The notes under the pieces were generated by a model, which saw nothing but the letters and a program-made list of their open reading frames with translations, had not been told where the DNA came from and made no database searches. This document shows, one piece after another, positions 38,891 through 52,012 of a DNA stretch of 64,000 nucleotides. The first letter of the stretch is position 1. Each line of letters begins with the position of its first letter. The DNA comes from Octopus vulgaris (taxonomy: Eukaryota), in the NCBI GenBank assembly GCA_951406725.2, contig OX597837.1:10292001-10356000 (forward strand), given 5' to 3'. The position numbers and the translations under genes were made by a program.

Positions 38891-39708
38891 TATTGGGTCA
38901 ACCCATAAATAATGCGGTTTTTTCAACTGCAAGAACTTAAAGTCGGAGGTGGACGGGATAATATGCCTGCATCAACTTGCTATAAAGCAGGTAGTAATTT
39001 TACCTTGTCCTTATTCTTAGTGTACAGTTTGAAGAGTGCTGTTCAATTTTAACAGTTATTTTTTCAAAGCTATAATGGAAGTGACAAAGGAGCATATTCA
39101 GCATATTTTGCTTTGTGAGTTCAATAAAGGCAACAACACAACGGAAAGTGTGAGGGATGTTAATGCAGTATACAGGGATCGGACAGTGTCAACGGTGGTT
39201 CCAGAAAGTCTGTGACGGGAACTACAGCCTAAAAGACAAACCTCGCCCTGGAAGACCTGTAGAGCTCGACGAGGACGTCCGGCAAAACCTGGTGGAACAA
39301 AATCTCATCGTAACTGTTGAGGAACTCACAGAGAAGCTTGGATTTGGTCATTCAACCATTCATCGCCACCTGCGTGCCATCGGAAAAGTCAGTACATTGG
39401 GTCAATGGGTTCCTCACAAGCTTTCCCAGTCTAATCGCGCGCAGAGAGTGAATGTGTGTCCTTCTCACGAATGAACCTGTTTTGGACCGAATGGTGATTG
39501 GTGAGAAGAAATGGGTTCTCTATAAAAAGTTTCAAGCGCCGAAGACAGTAGACAGGGAAAGAAGAAACACCGACATGCAAGGCTGAAGAAAGTCTTCATT
39601 CACGCAAGGAATTGCTATCTGTTTAGCCACATAAAGCGGGGATGGCATTCTGAAGGCTGGAGCAGTTTGAATGGAAAATGATGCCCTACCCACCACATTC
39701 ACAGGGAC
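38891..39708 (+). mobile_element. mariner DNA transposon, decayed and 3'-truncated
   Basis: TA + TTGGGTCAACCCATAAATAATGCG 5' end; the transposase relic starts at 39075. No right TIR was found. Confidence 0.9.
39075..39708 (+). pseudogene. mariner transposase pseudogene
   Basis: MEVTKEHIQHILL..QRWF..L.DKPRPGRP..HL..IGKV..LGQWVPHKL, then LDRMVIGEKKWVLY (degenerate TGDEKW) and PYPPHSQ (degenerate HPPYSPD). Frameshifts and an internal deletion are present. Confidence 0.9.
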
Positions 39709-41058
39709 AGTAGGTATATAAAGAAGTTTTACAGGGGATAGACTATATAAAGTAAGGGTACAGAAGATTAGGGTGTATAAAGCTGGCGTATATAATGGTA
39801 TGCTGTAATCAAATAGGGCTCTAATGGTAGGCTATACAAAGAAGTTGGTATATGAAGCTGTATGAAGTAAGGGCATATGAGAGTGTGCTATATAAGGGTA
39901 GGCTATATATAGCAGGTGTATGTTAGGGTAGACTATAGGGTGTACTAGATAAAGCCAAGGTACATGTAGACTATATAAAATAGGTGTATATAAGGTTAAG
40001 CTACCTAAAACAGCAAGATAATCAGGGGTATATAAGGGTAGGCTATATAATGTTGAGCTTATAAAGTATAGCTATATAAAGCAGGGTAGGTTACATAATT
40101 GCAGGGGTGTATGAAGGTAGGCCGCATAAAGTACACACCAGCGATTTTTACAAATGGTTTTTGATTAATCCATTGTTTAACCCCAGGTCAGTCCTGATCA
40201 GGCAGCCATGTATGATTGAAGTATTTTCAAGCCGTTTACATGTGAGGGGTCGATGTAATCGACTTAATCCCCCTGTCTGTCCTTGTTTGTCCCCTCTCTG
40301 TTTAGCCCCTTGTGGGTAGTAGAGAAATAGGTTGTACATCGAGAAGTTGGGGAATCTGTCATCTATTGATAGGAGAGAGTTCACGGGTAGCTGTATGGGT
40401 GGGGACAAAAATTGCGAATGCATAATTCAGTGTGTCCTTTTTTTTTTTTTAACCGTAGTATCTGATTTGTCCGATATCTGACAGCTATTACTACCAGGCC
40501 ATACAAGCATGTAAAGTCTGAAACGTTTTGGGAGTTCTGTCTTCTTTGGTGATATTTATGGTGCTGAAGGTTAAGGGTGGAATCAAACTTGTAAGGGGTT
40601 GGGCACAGTCTACTTTACACTCCTACCCGTAATGTAATACGAAATGTACCCTGGCGTTATCTAGTGCACCCTATAATCTACCCTGACATACACTTGCTAT
40701 ATATAGCCTACCCTTATATACCCCTGATTACCTCTTTGTTTTAGGTAGCTTAACCTTATATACACCTACTTTATATAGTCTACATGTACCTTGGCTTTAT
40801 CTAGTACACCCTAGAGTCTACCCTAACATACACCTGCTATATATAGCCTACCCTTATATACCACAGCTTTATATAGCACACTCTCATATGCCCCTACTTC
40901 ATACAGCTTCATATACCAACTTCTTTCTAGAGCCTACTATTAGAGCCCTACTTGACTACAGCATACCATTATATACGCCAGCTTTATACACCCTAATCTT
41001 CTGTACCCTTACTTTATATAGTCTTTTATATAGTATAAAACTTCTTTAAATACCTACT
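39709..41058. repeat. ~340-bp inverted repeat with ~650-bp spacer
   Basis: 39709-40049 is a high-identity reverse complement of 40700-41058. The arms are built from TATATAAGGGTAGG-like subunits. Confidence 0.92.
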
Positions 41059-41192
41059 TTTCAGTATGTCCCTAATTAATACAACCCTTTATAGTTAGTT
41101 CTACTTTATAGCTTTCTCAATATATTCCTACAACAAAGCCAGCCAGACGTAACCCTATATCCACATATGGTCCAGTCTGTCCCCATATATTC

Positions 41193-41448
41193 CAGTGGTT
41201 TTCAAACGGGGTCTATATAACCGTCGGGGGTCTATATGAATTTCGGAGGTCCATATATGATTTGGTTGTCAAAATTTATGTGCAGTGAAACGATTCTAAA
41301 CAAAAATATTTTAAGAATTTTTAAAATTAAAATTTCCAATACCATTTAATTATGTTTCCTAATATCGAATGGCTATGGAGGTCCACCTGAGTGAAATAAG
41401 AATCGAAGAGGTTCCATAGGTAAAAAAAAATGGTTGCGAGACACCGGT
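41193..41448. mobile_element. hAT-like MITE
   Basis: CAGTGGTTTTCAAAC left end and a degenerate AAAATGGTTG..CACCG right end; related to 46230-46460 and 46939-47174. Confidence 0.6.
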
Positions 41449-41651
41449 ACTCGATATATCAGTACATGATAGGGATATCCAACACACCTCTACGCTACAT
41501 TGGTGCTCAACCATTTTTTTCCGCCAGAGGGCCCCTTCGACTCTTATTAAGCTTATGGGACCCCACATAGACATTCAAAAAGTCCCATTAATTTATTATA
41601 ATTAAACAGTATTAGGAACCGTTTTAAAAAAAATTGTTAAGCATTTTGTGT

Positions 41652-42053
41652 TGTAGGAGTGGCTGTGTGGTAAATAGCTTGCTTACCAAAAACATGGTTC
41701 CGGGTTCAGTCCCACTGTGTGGCACCTTGGGCAAGTGTCTTCTACTATAGCCTCGGGCTGACCAAAGCCTTGTGGGTGGATTTGGTAGACGGAAACTGGA
41801 AGAAGTCCGTCGTATATATGTATATATGCGTGTGTATATGCTGGTGTGTCTGTGTCCCTCCAACATCGCTTGACAACCGATGCTAGTGTGTTTACGTCCT
41901 CGTAACTTAGCGGTTCGGCAAAAGTGACTGATAGAATAAGTACTACTAGGCTTAGAAAGAATAGGTACTGGGGTCGATTTGCTCGACTAAAGGTGGTGCT
42001 CCAGCATGGCCACAGTCAAATGACTGAAACAAGTAAAAGAGTAAAGAGTAAAG
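41652..42053 (+). mobile_element. SINE family A nested in a hAT-like MITE (~41500-42148)
   Basis: Complete head-to-tail copy flanked by the MITE ends TGGTGCTCAACCATTTT and GAGAAAAACTG. Confidence 0.9.
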
Positions 42054-42497
42054 ATTAGAACTAAAATCAATTTATTACAGAGAAATTTAAACAGTAAAAA
42101 TCTCATTTGGTGCCCAACGGCCATGTCGACCCCGGATGAGAAAAACTGGTGTATAGGAACACAGTTCCATACTACTACTAACTATAACCCCACCAACACT
42201 AAAACCTACACTGCACATATGAACACTTCAACAACATATGCCACAACAGTACAACCGAACCTAAGCTGCCGCCTACTCTATGCACTGGTAACCTACCTCA
42301 CAAGCAACTCTATGCACACACACACACACACACACACACTATATTATATATAAAGGTAGCAGCGGCGCACCGATAACCAGCTGGCGGATTATCTACCTGG
42401 GGTTAAACCAGTAGTAACACGAAACAGCTACTCTGACGTGGCGAATGACTTTATTTGATAGTATAGTTACTAATCTGATATCTTCAGATTTTACTGC

Positions 42498-42536
<39 letters not shown>

Positions 42537-42543
42537 TGCGTTC

Positions 42544-42597
<54 letters not shown>

Positions 42598-42598
<1 letters not shown>

Positions 42599-43891
42599 CA
42601 GGGTGCGTTGAATGAATTTCGCATAAATGAAAATAACACTGACATCTCATTTTAACAGATACATTTACCAAAATTACATAAAAATATATGCAAATACTTT
42701 GAGTAAATTTATCCAATAAAATCACCCTTTGCTTCAACCACAGCCTCCAGACGACTTCGGAATCTCCTGCAACTCTTCTGGACTGTCTATTTGTTTAAGT
42801 TGGTGAATGCTGCCATAATCCTTGCCTTCAACTCACCTTTGGTGTTACAAGGAGTTTGTTGGTCTCTCGCTCAACTGCGCCCCATTCATAATAATCGAGG
42901 GTGCTGAAGTCTGCGGAACTGGGTAGCCAGATTTTAGGGGTGACGGGGTCGCAGAAATTGTCTGACAGCCATGACTGGGTTCGCCTGCTTGTGTGTCATG
43001 GTGCAGAGTCCTGTTGCCAGACACAGGGTCTTCCAGCAAACACCCTCTTGGCTCAGGGCAGCACTACCTCCTCCGGGTACTTGATGTAGACTTCAGTGTT
43101 GAGTGTAAGGCCGTGTGGGAAGATGAATGAAGGCATAACGGCGCCATCACTAGTGACCACCCCAAACACCATGATGTTGACTGAATGTTTGAGTTTTTCA
43201 AGTTTTTCACTCTCGGCACATGTTTTGGGTACACGGCAAGCCAACGGCCGTTCTGCATGCCCATCACATGATCCTGGCAGAAATTTCTCTCTACGAAAAA
43301 CCAAAGCATGTTCGATTGAAGCGGGTTCTCGAGTTTGCTCAAAAGCTTCGTAGCGCGTTCTTTCCTCACGTCCTTGATGGCTTGGGATAAAAACTGGCCC
43401 TTTCTCATATTGTATGAGGAATACCGAGTTTCTTCATGCACTACCTGCCTGATAAGAAACTCACACACTCCCATGTTACTGGCGATGGGCGTGATTGACT
43501 TGGAGGAATCGTTGTCAATCATAGCCTGGATTTCACCAACAAATTCAGGAGTTCTTTTCTTATCAGGACGACCAGAGTGAGTTTTCCGAGTTGCCGTACA
43601 TTCGGAATCATCATTAGACTAATCCAACTCTTTCCGAAGCCTCTGCACGATCCTCAGATTGACACCTCAACGCTCTGAAATGTTCGTATTGGAGTTTCCT
43701 GTGCGAATTCCAAGCAGTACAGCATGTCGTTTCGAAGTTACTGGCTGAGAGGAGTGCGTCATGGTGCTGTTTTTCTCACAGATGGTGCCCACCTGACCCT
43801 ACTAAACCGTGTATCCCCATAAAAATCAAAACAATGCGCACGCGCTAAATTAAAATACATAAAGGCGAAAATTTACGAATCGCGCCGTGTA
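42598..43891 (-). mobile_element. IS630-Tc1-mariner DD37D (maT-type) transposon, near full length, decayed
   Basis: Degenerate TIRs CAGGGTGCGTTGAATGAATTTCGC / GCGAAAATTTACGAATCGCGCCGTG-TA, with a transposase relic inside. Confidence 0.88.
42709..43762 (-). pseudogene. DD37D transposase pseudogene
   Basis: MVFGVVTSDGAVMPSFIFPHGLTLNTEVY; WQQDSAP*H...IWLPSSADFSTLDYYEW with exactly 37 codons between the 2nd and 3rd Asp; ends VVEAKGDFIG*. Stops and frameshifts are present. Confidence 0.88.
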
Positions 43892-44029
43892 TATATATAT
43901 AAAAATATATATGTATGTATGTATACACACACAGACATATATATATATATGTACATATACATCAATTCATCTATATATGCATATATAAGTATATATGCAT
44001 ACACACACACACACATATATATATACATA

Positions 44030-44076
<47 letters not shown>

Positions 44077-44092
44077 CATACATACATATATA

Positions 44093-44146
44093 CTTTGATA
44101 AGTTTCGGCCATGTCTAACTTAATAGCACCACCTGGTACGGCCTGG

Positions 44147-44147
<1 letters not shown>
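44093..44147 (-). mobile_element. short LINE 3'-tail stub in (TA)n
   Basis: - strand CAGGTGGTGCTATTAAGTTAGACATGGCCGAAAC matches the tail at 2957-3008. Confidence 0.7.
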
Positions 44148-44226
<79 letters not shown>

Positions 44227-44847
44227 CATATGTGAATGTATGTATGTAAATATGTGTGTGTGCGCACGCACACAACAACAACAACAGCAGCAGCAGCAGC
44301 AGCCTTATATCTTACAGAGCTCAGAAAAATATTAGTCAAAATTGGCTTCGGTGTGATTTGAACCTGGAGCGCAAGCAGCTAGAGCAAATGCCATCAAAGG
44401 AAGAGATGAATGAAAGCTGCATACATTATTAATACAAAATTTGATTTTTTTTTTTTTTTTTTTTTTTTTTAAATAAGAAAAAAAAAAAGCTGTAGATTGT
44501 GTGTGTCTGTGTGGCCAAAATATTGCTAAACTGGCAAGCTAGGGAAAATCGACGGGGAGATAACTGTCTTCGGAGGAAGTGTAATTCAGGAAATAAAACA
44601 ATACACCGCCATTCTGTTTAATTCTACAACAATGGTTACTACTACACTGCGCCTAACAATACAACCAGTCGAGGGAAGGCGAATAGCTTAGTGGATAAGG
44701 TTACTCTGGTCATGATCGTAAAGTCACTAGTTCGATTCCAGGCGGCGTATTGTGTCAAGTTGCTTTCAGTCGAATGTTTACCTGTAATTCGAAGGACTAG
44801 GTTTGTCACATTCTGTTACAGCCTTATGCAGCATACCCTTATCTGCC

Positions 44848-44989
44848 AGCTTGTTTACCAACCACATGGTTCCGAGTTCAGTCCCACTGCGTGGCACCTT
44901 GGGCAAGTGTCTTCTGCTATAGCCTCGGGCCGACCAAAGCCGTGTGAGTGGATTTGGTAGACGGAAACTGAAAGAAGCCCGTCGTATCG

Positions 44990-45034
<45 letters not shown>

Positions 45035-45082
45035 ATATTTCGGAATGGTCATATTGCCAGTTTAGCCAACAAATATTTAAAC

Positions 45083-45133
<51 letters not shown>

Positions 45134-45333
45134 TGAGTGTGTTTGTGTGTCTGTGTTTGTCTCCCTAGCATTGCTTGACAACCGATGCTGGTGTGTTTAT
45201 GTCCCCGTTACTTAGCGGTTCGGCAAAAGAGCCCGATAGAATAAGTACTGGGCTTACAAAAGAATAAGTCCTGGGGTCGAGTCGCTCGAGTAAAGGCGGT
45301 GCTCCAGCATGGCCGCAGTCAAATGACTGAAAC
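44848..45333 (+). mobile_element. SINE family A with expanded internal (TA)n and (AAG)n tail
   Basis: Core and tail intact; a 55-bp foreign insert lies at ~45031-45083; (AAG)n follows at 45336-45397. Confidence 0.9.
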
Positions 45334-45696
45334 AGAGAAGAAGAAGAAGAAGAAGAAGAAGAAGAAGAAGAAGAAGAAGAAGAAGAAGAAGAAGAAGATA
45401 TTACCAGCCGCCTTATATAGCCTACCCTTAAAGAACCCCACTCAACTACAGCACACCCTTATATACACCGGCTTTATACAGCCTAATTTTATCTACCCTT
45501 ACTTTATAGACTCCACCATTATGTAAACTTTCTATATACCCCTAAAACCTATACTAGGGACGTGTGGTGCCTGTGGTGTGGTCAGGTACTTTCACTTTCA
45601 TGTTAATTTCATGAGCAGGCCGTTCCTGCGATCGGATGAACTGGAACCCTCGTTGTCAAGCGGTGGAGTGCCAGCTCTTATACTACCACCCTAAAC

Positions 45697-45897
45697 CAGT
45701 GCTTTTCAACATTTTTGCTGGAGTGGAACCCCAAGGAAACATTCCACTGGCTCGAGGAACCCCTGTGCAATAATTTAATAGTCTTATGCACACATATCTG
45801 CACAGGAGAATTAAAAATTACTGCCGATTTTAGCAGTTTTGTAACTTCTTGCGGAACTCCTGGACTGTACTGGCGGAACCCTGGTTGAAAACCACTG
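45697..45897. mobile_element. hAT MITE with 8-bp TSD
   Basis: TIRs CAGTGCTTTTCAAC / GTTGAAAACCACTG; TSD CCCTAAAC / TCCTAAAC. Confidence 0.9.
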
Positions 45898-46878
45898 TCC
45901 TAAACACTAATACACAATTCAAGAACTCATAACACACACAGACCCAAAGAATATACTACAAGGAAACTCATCAACTGCTATAAGAATTCCCCTAATCCGT
46001 TGTCCCGGAATGGTTCTTTAGTTTATCTTATCGATTCCGAAACACAAAAGAAATGTATGACCACGGTGGGATTTGAACCCAAAATGTAAAGGACCAGAAG
46101 AATTGACCTTGGCGAGATTTGAACTTGCAGCATAGAGATCCGGAAGAAATAAGGCGAGGCATCAAGGCCGATGCCCCAGCAATTCAACCAACATACTGTT
46201 ATGGAGTTAATACTATAAAAGCAGTTGTCCTCATTGGGCGTCCATTTGTGATTTTGGGGTTAAAATTTATCTGCAGTGAACTGGTTCTATTTCTGTAATA
46301 TATAAAGTATTTTAGTAATTATTTATATACATTTCCTAATAATATTTCATTATGAAAATATTAATAGGAATTTTTAGATATCGAATGGTTATGATGGCCC
46401 CCACCCTCCGAGTAAAATAGGAATCGGGAGGAAGGCAAAACAGAAAAGAAAATGGCGGTGAACGACAGCAACATATAGTCAATCGACTCCTCGAAAGGTA
46501 AAGCAAGCTAAACTCGGAGTAACTTCAACCGAGGCCAAAGCGAACTGGAATAAAAATCGAATCAGGGGTTACCCAGAGTTAAACAGCAACAACCTTGTAA
46601 CACTTTCTGGCAGTATCACTCAAGGAGGCCACCTCACTCCTTCGAGGATGAGCGAATATTTGTGTTAGGTAGAGTAGAACGTGAGACGGGGCCCGAATCC
46701 GAATGTGGTAAGTGATACAGTAACACAGCAACTTAGGTAGAAGAGGTGGGTGCAATGAGGGCGGCCCCACGCCGGTTGACGCTTGTCATGACGGTGATAC
46801 TTTCGGGGGTCTGCTGTATTCAGTCTGTACAGATTTGAGGGCCTTTCTGAAAAACACTCAAGAATTACCCCCCGATCG

Positions 46879-46909
<31 letters not shown>

Positions 46910-46938
46910 CTACGCCACTAAATAAACTTGGTGTAAGA

Positions 46939-47174
46939 CAGTGTTTGTCAACCATTCTTTTGCTTTTGGGCCCCTTTGATGTGCAGTTTATTTGGATGGA
47001 TATTCATAGCCATTCGATATTTAATGAAATCATATATTTTATAATTAAATAATATTATGGGTTGTTGAAATATTTTGAGTGTTGTAGTATTTATTAGTGG
47101 TCTAGTATTCATTGCAACACAATCTTAGATGGTCCCCCCAAGAGCTACATGGACCCCCCAGCTGTGAACCACTG
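46939..47174. mobile_element. hAT-like MITE
   Basis: Degenerate ends CAGTGTTTGTCAACC ... GAACCACTG. Confidence 0.6.
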
Positions 47175-47609
47175 ATTAGATAGCTTCTTTCCTCAATAAA
47201 ACTCATTAATATTGTCTCGTTTTGCTGTGTGTGCATGTGTGTGTGTCTGTGAGAGAGAGAGACTGCGCTAGTATGGATATGTGGATATGTGATTACGTAC
47301 AATGGATGACTGTCGAGAGAGGGAAAGGTTCGGTGCGGAGTTATCCAAGGTGAAGGAACCTGTAGAAGAGGAAGAGTGACAAGGAAGGCATTTTTCAAGG
47401 CCGATTTCAAGACGAGGTGAACTTGAGAAACGAGGTGAATAAGGAAGGGCCTGCAACAAGTGTTCTGAGAATTTGCGCTGGAAAAAAAAACAGGTTCACC
47501 TCATTGCAGGGCATAGGAACAGGGACGGATGTGATACGATGACGATGAGAACGATGGCAACGAAGGATGATGCTGCGGCCTGGTCAAGCGTGGAAGCGTT
47601 TACTCGCAA

Positions 47610-47656
<47 letters not shown>

Positions 47657-47658
<2 letters not shown>

Positions 47659-47770
47659 TGATGCATGTGCCTGATGTACCCTTATCAGACGGGTAGTCAT
47701 GATGGGTATACTGGGCATCGTATATTTTACCCCAGTGTCACTTTGATGGCATGAACTGCTCTCTCACTCA
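47657..47770 (+). mobile_element. 5'-truncated retroposon 3' end embedded in (AAT)n
   Basis: Matches 10540-10636; (AAT)n lies on both sides. Confidence 0.8.
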
Positions 47771-48919
47771 ATAATAATAATAATAATGATAATAATAATA
47801 ATAATAATAATCTCTAAATATGAATAAAATGCTATAGAAAAGAAAAGCACGGCAGAAAGGGTGGGGACATGGTTGCTCGCTTCGCAGGAAATAGCAACCT
47901 AATCTTCTAAAAATGATACCTAAACGTTTCGGAAGGAAAAAAACCAAGTTGCTGGTGGAATGGCACATTGTAGGTTCCAGAGGAAGAGAACTGAAGGGAC
48001 GGGATTGTTAAGTCACAACTGGAAACGGGTTTGAATGAAGGGTTTGTTTAATCCAGAGCAGATTTAGGGCTCAACAAAAGAGAACCCCATTTCAACTATT
48101 TCGTGTTGTGCACCAGAAAAAAGACCCCAGCATAATTTTTTTAAAAACTCTCTGTATCACACAAGTTTCTATGATATTCACCACTCAACCCAGAGCAGAA
48201 TTAGGGTTCGACAAAAGAGACCCCCATAAATAAACGGTTTTTTTCATTTGTGCTATTTCATGTTATGCATCAGAATTAAGGCCTCGACATCAATAAATAA
48301 ATACCCTCTTTATCACCCCATTTTATACGTAATCCAGCCCAAAAAACTAACCGTCAGGTCCAGTCGTGGCCATTTCTTGTCATGAATGGATTGTAGGAGG
48401 ACTTAGATGTTGTGGCGGTCATCCGCACAAGTTGGTTAGAAAAGTCCACTGGAACATACGAACATATTAATCAAAAGACTTACTTGAATTACACACACAG
48501 GCACATATATATATATATACATACATACATACATATGCGCGCACAATTTCTGGGAGTCAGATGCTCGAGTGAGCCTATGGTCACGAGATGCCTCTTTTGC
48601 GCGCGCGAGTGTGAGTGTGTGTGTGCATTTATTTTTATGTATATCCAGCAATAAATACACACGTATAAACACACACACACACACACACATTTTTACACGG
48701 AGACACACATATGTATAGAAACATATATGATGTGGTGTGTGTGTGTATGTATTTAAATATATGTATATATATATACACAAACACACATATATATACATAC
48801 ATACATATATAAATACATACATATACATACATTCATATATAAATATATATATACATTCATATATATATATATATATATCATCATCATCATCGTTTAACGT
48901 CCGTTCTTCATATATAGAC

Positions 48920-48956
<37 letters not shown>

Positions 48957-48974
48957 CATACATATGTACATATA

Positions 48975-49007
<33 letters not shown>

Positions 49008-49098
49008 CATACATATGTACATATATATATATATACATACATACATATACATTTATATATATACACATACATACATTTACATATATGCACATACATAC

Positions 49099-49143
<45 letters not shown>

Positions 49144-49242
49144 TACATACATATATACACATATACATACATATATATACATATACATACATACATACAT
49201 ACATGCATACATATACATACATACATATATATTCAAAATATA

Positions 49243-49461
49243 TACAAGGTAGTGCTGCAAAGTTCCTGGCTGTAAGAACGACGCGAAAGACCCCGTTGGA
49301 GATCTTTTGCAGGGCTTAGGAAAAAACTGAAGGGCCGCTGCAATGAGTGCACGAATCTGAGAGGGGAATATGTTGAATAATTACCTAATTACCATAATTA
49401 CCTAACCTTCCTGTATTTTCTTTTACCCAAAGACAAGAACTTCTCAGCAACCCCTAGTGTA
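49243..49461 (+). mobile_element. mariner-derived MITE (second copy)
   Basis: Colinear with 14557-14780; includes GGGGAATATGTTGAATAA (GEYVE*). Confidence 0.75.
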
Positions 49462-50049
49462 CACACACACACACATACACACACACACACATACATACAT
49501 ACATACACACGTGTGAGTGCGTTGCTCCATATTGGCCAAAGCACTTGGGACCTTAGATAAGAGAAAATAAAAAAATTGGACCCTAAATATCCCAATAATT
49601 ATGTACGCGTATGAGAGTGTGCATTCAGTTGCATGCGTCTAGGGGCCTCGGTGAATATACACGCATGCACGCAAGTTGTGCCACTAGACTCCCATGGGGT
49701 TATTATATATATATATATATATATAGATATGTTATATATTATATATAATATATATTGTATATTATATATATACATATATATATATACTTATATATACCAC
49801 GAATGAAGGACGAGATATATAGCTGCTCCTTAGCCGCGCTCTCCCTCGTAAACCCCTTGTAAGCCCCTTTCAAACTAACCACGGTGTCCAAACCCTATCC
49901 TCACCGCTATTTCTAAGCCTTAGGTACACCTAACCTACCGCCATTTCATAATCAACAATGGTTGATGTCAATCAATCAATCATACATTATTACCTGTGCT
50001 GGAATACATATATATATATATTATCCGTCCGCACCTGCAATCATAGTAG

Positions 50050-50109
<60 letters not shown>

Positions 50110-50172
50110 ATATAAATAAATATACAAACGAAACGGAGTGTATAATATATGCATGGCTTTTCCTTGTATATA

Positions 50173-50228
<56 letters not shown>

Positions 50229-50784
50229 CATATATATACATATATAAATACGTATATACATACATATATAAATACGTATATATATACATACATATATACA
50301 GACACACACACATATATATACATACATAAATGCGTATATACATACATATATAAATACGTATATATATACATACATCTATACAGACACACACACATATATA
50401 TACACACACAGACACACACACACACATATATATGCATACACACACAGACACACACACACACATATATATGCATACACACACACACACACATATATATGCA
50501 TACACATACTTGTATAATATACAACTGTGTGTTTATCTACGTAAGTATTCATCTAAATGTATGAATACATACATATATATATACATGCACACACAAACAT
50601 ATCCACATATGTGTATGTTTCTGTATAAGTACCTTTCTGCGTATGTGTAAGTGTGTGTGTATATGTATATATATATATATATACACACACACTAGAAATA
50701 CACTATGCATAATGGTGGAACAATTTTGTCTCTCGCTTAAAATTATGAACTCAACAACACTTATTCAACGTATGTTGTTTTTAT

Positions 50785-50822
<38 letters not shown>

Positions 50823-50836
50823 TATATACACACACG

Positions 50837-50889
<53 letters not shown>

Positions 50890-51629
50890 CGGCTTTTCAG
50901 AAAATGGAAGGGAAGAAGTGATCCGATACTTCCGTGAAACAATAGAGTTATGTTTATTTACCCATACATATATACACACGCACACACAACCACACACATA
51001 TGTATACATATATCTGCATATACATACACACACATTACCGACTCAAGTACGTGCGTGTGTGTGTGTGCGTGTATGTGTGTGTATGTGTGCTTGTGAGCAA
51101 ACACACACACATAGGCGCGCGCACACACGCATACGTGCATGTACATGCGCGCGAGATAGAGAGAATGCGTATAATCACTCATATAAGCGGGTGCGTATCT
51201 GTGCTTTTGTGTGCGTGCGTGTATATGTGTTTGTGTAAATGTATACGCATGTATGTATAATCTTTGTATTAAACATATACACCCATACAAACGCACACAA
51301 TCTAGACACACACACACACACAAATACACATACACACACAAATACACACGAACTTTATACACCGCCGTCTCAAAATACGCGACATTTTTCGACACTGTAA
51401 TCGTATCCCCATATTTGTTTTCAACGATGAAGGCCAAGGCCATGCTAGAGCAACGCCTCTACAGATACACTACGCCTGAAAAGACGTGGTAGTCGCGGCT
51501 GGAGGGCACCTGACAACAGTCAGCTTGCTAAATACTATTCTGGAGCTAAACAGCAATATATTTAATACATAAACAAAATTACTTGCTCTCTCTCTCTCCC
51601 CCTCTCTCTCTCCAAACCCCGATGCTGTA

Positions 51630-51890
51630 TAGCCCCAGGTCAGGTCTCATGGACCAAAACCGACGATTATCAAAAACTTACCTGTCGTGGCCATCCTGCC
51701 TTTTGCGGAAATAAGGGACCCAGGATCGTACATATACAATGTTAACCTTTTATAAAGGAGATATTAAGGGCGGATTTGATGGTGATTTGACTGCTATTTC
51801 TTGCGAGTCGACCAAACAAACCTATGCTCAACAGAGATACTCTTGCCGTGGCCACCCTGCCTCTCTGCTAAATACACGGAAACTGAAAAT

Positions 51891-51925
<35 letters not shown>

Positions 51926-51971
51926 ATAAGAAAATGGAGGGGATCAAGAGGCGATATCTCTCTCTTGGAAT

Positions 51972-52012
<41 letters not shown>

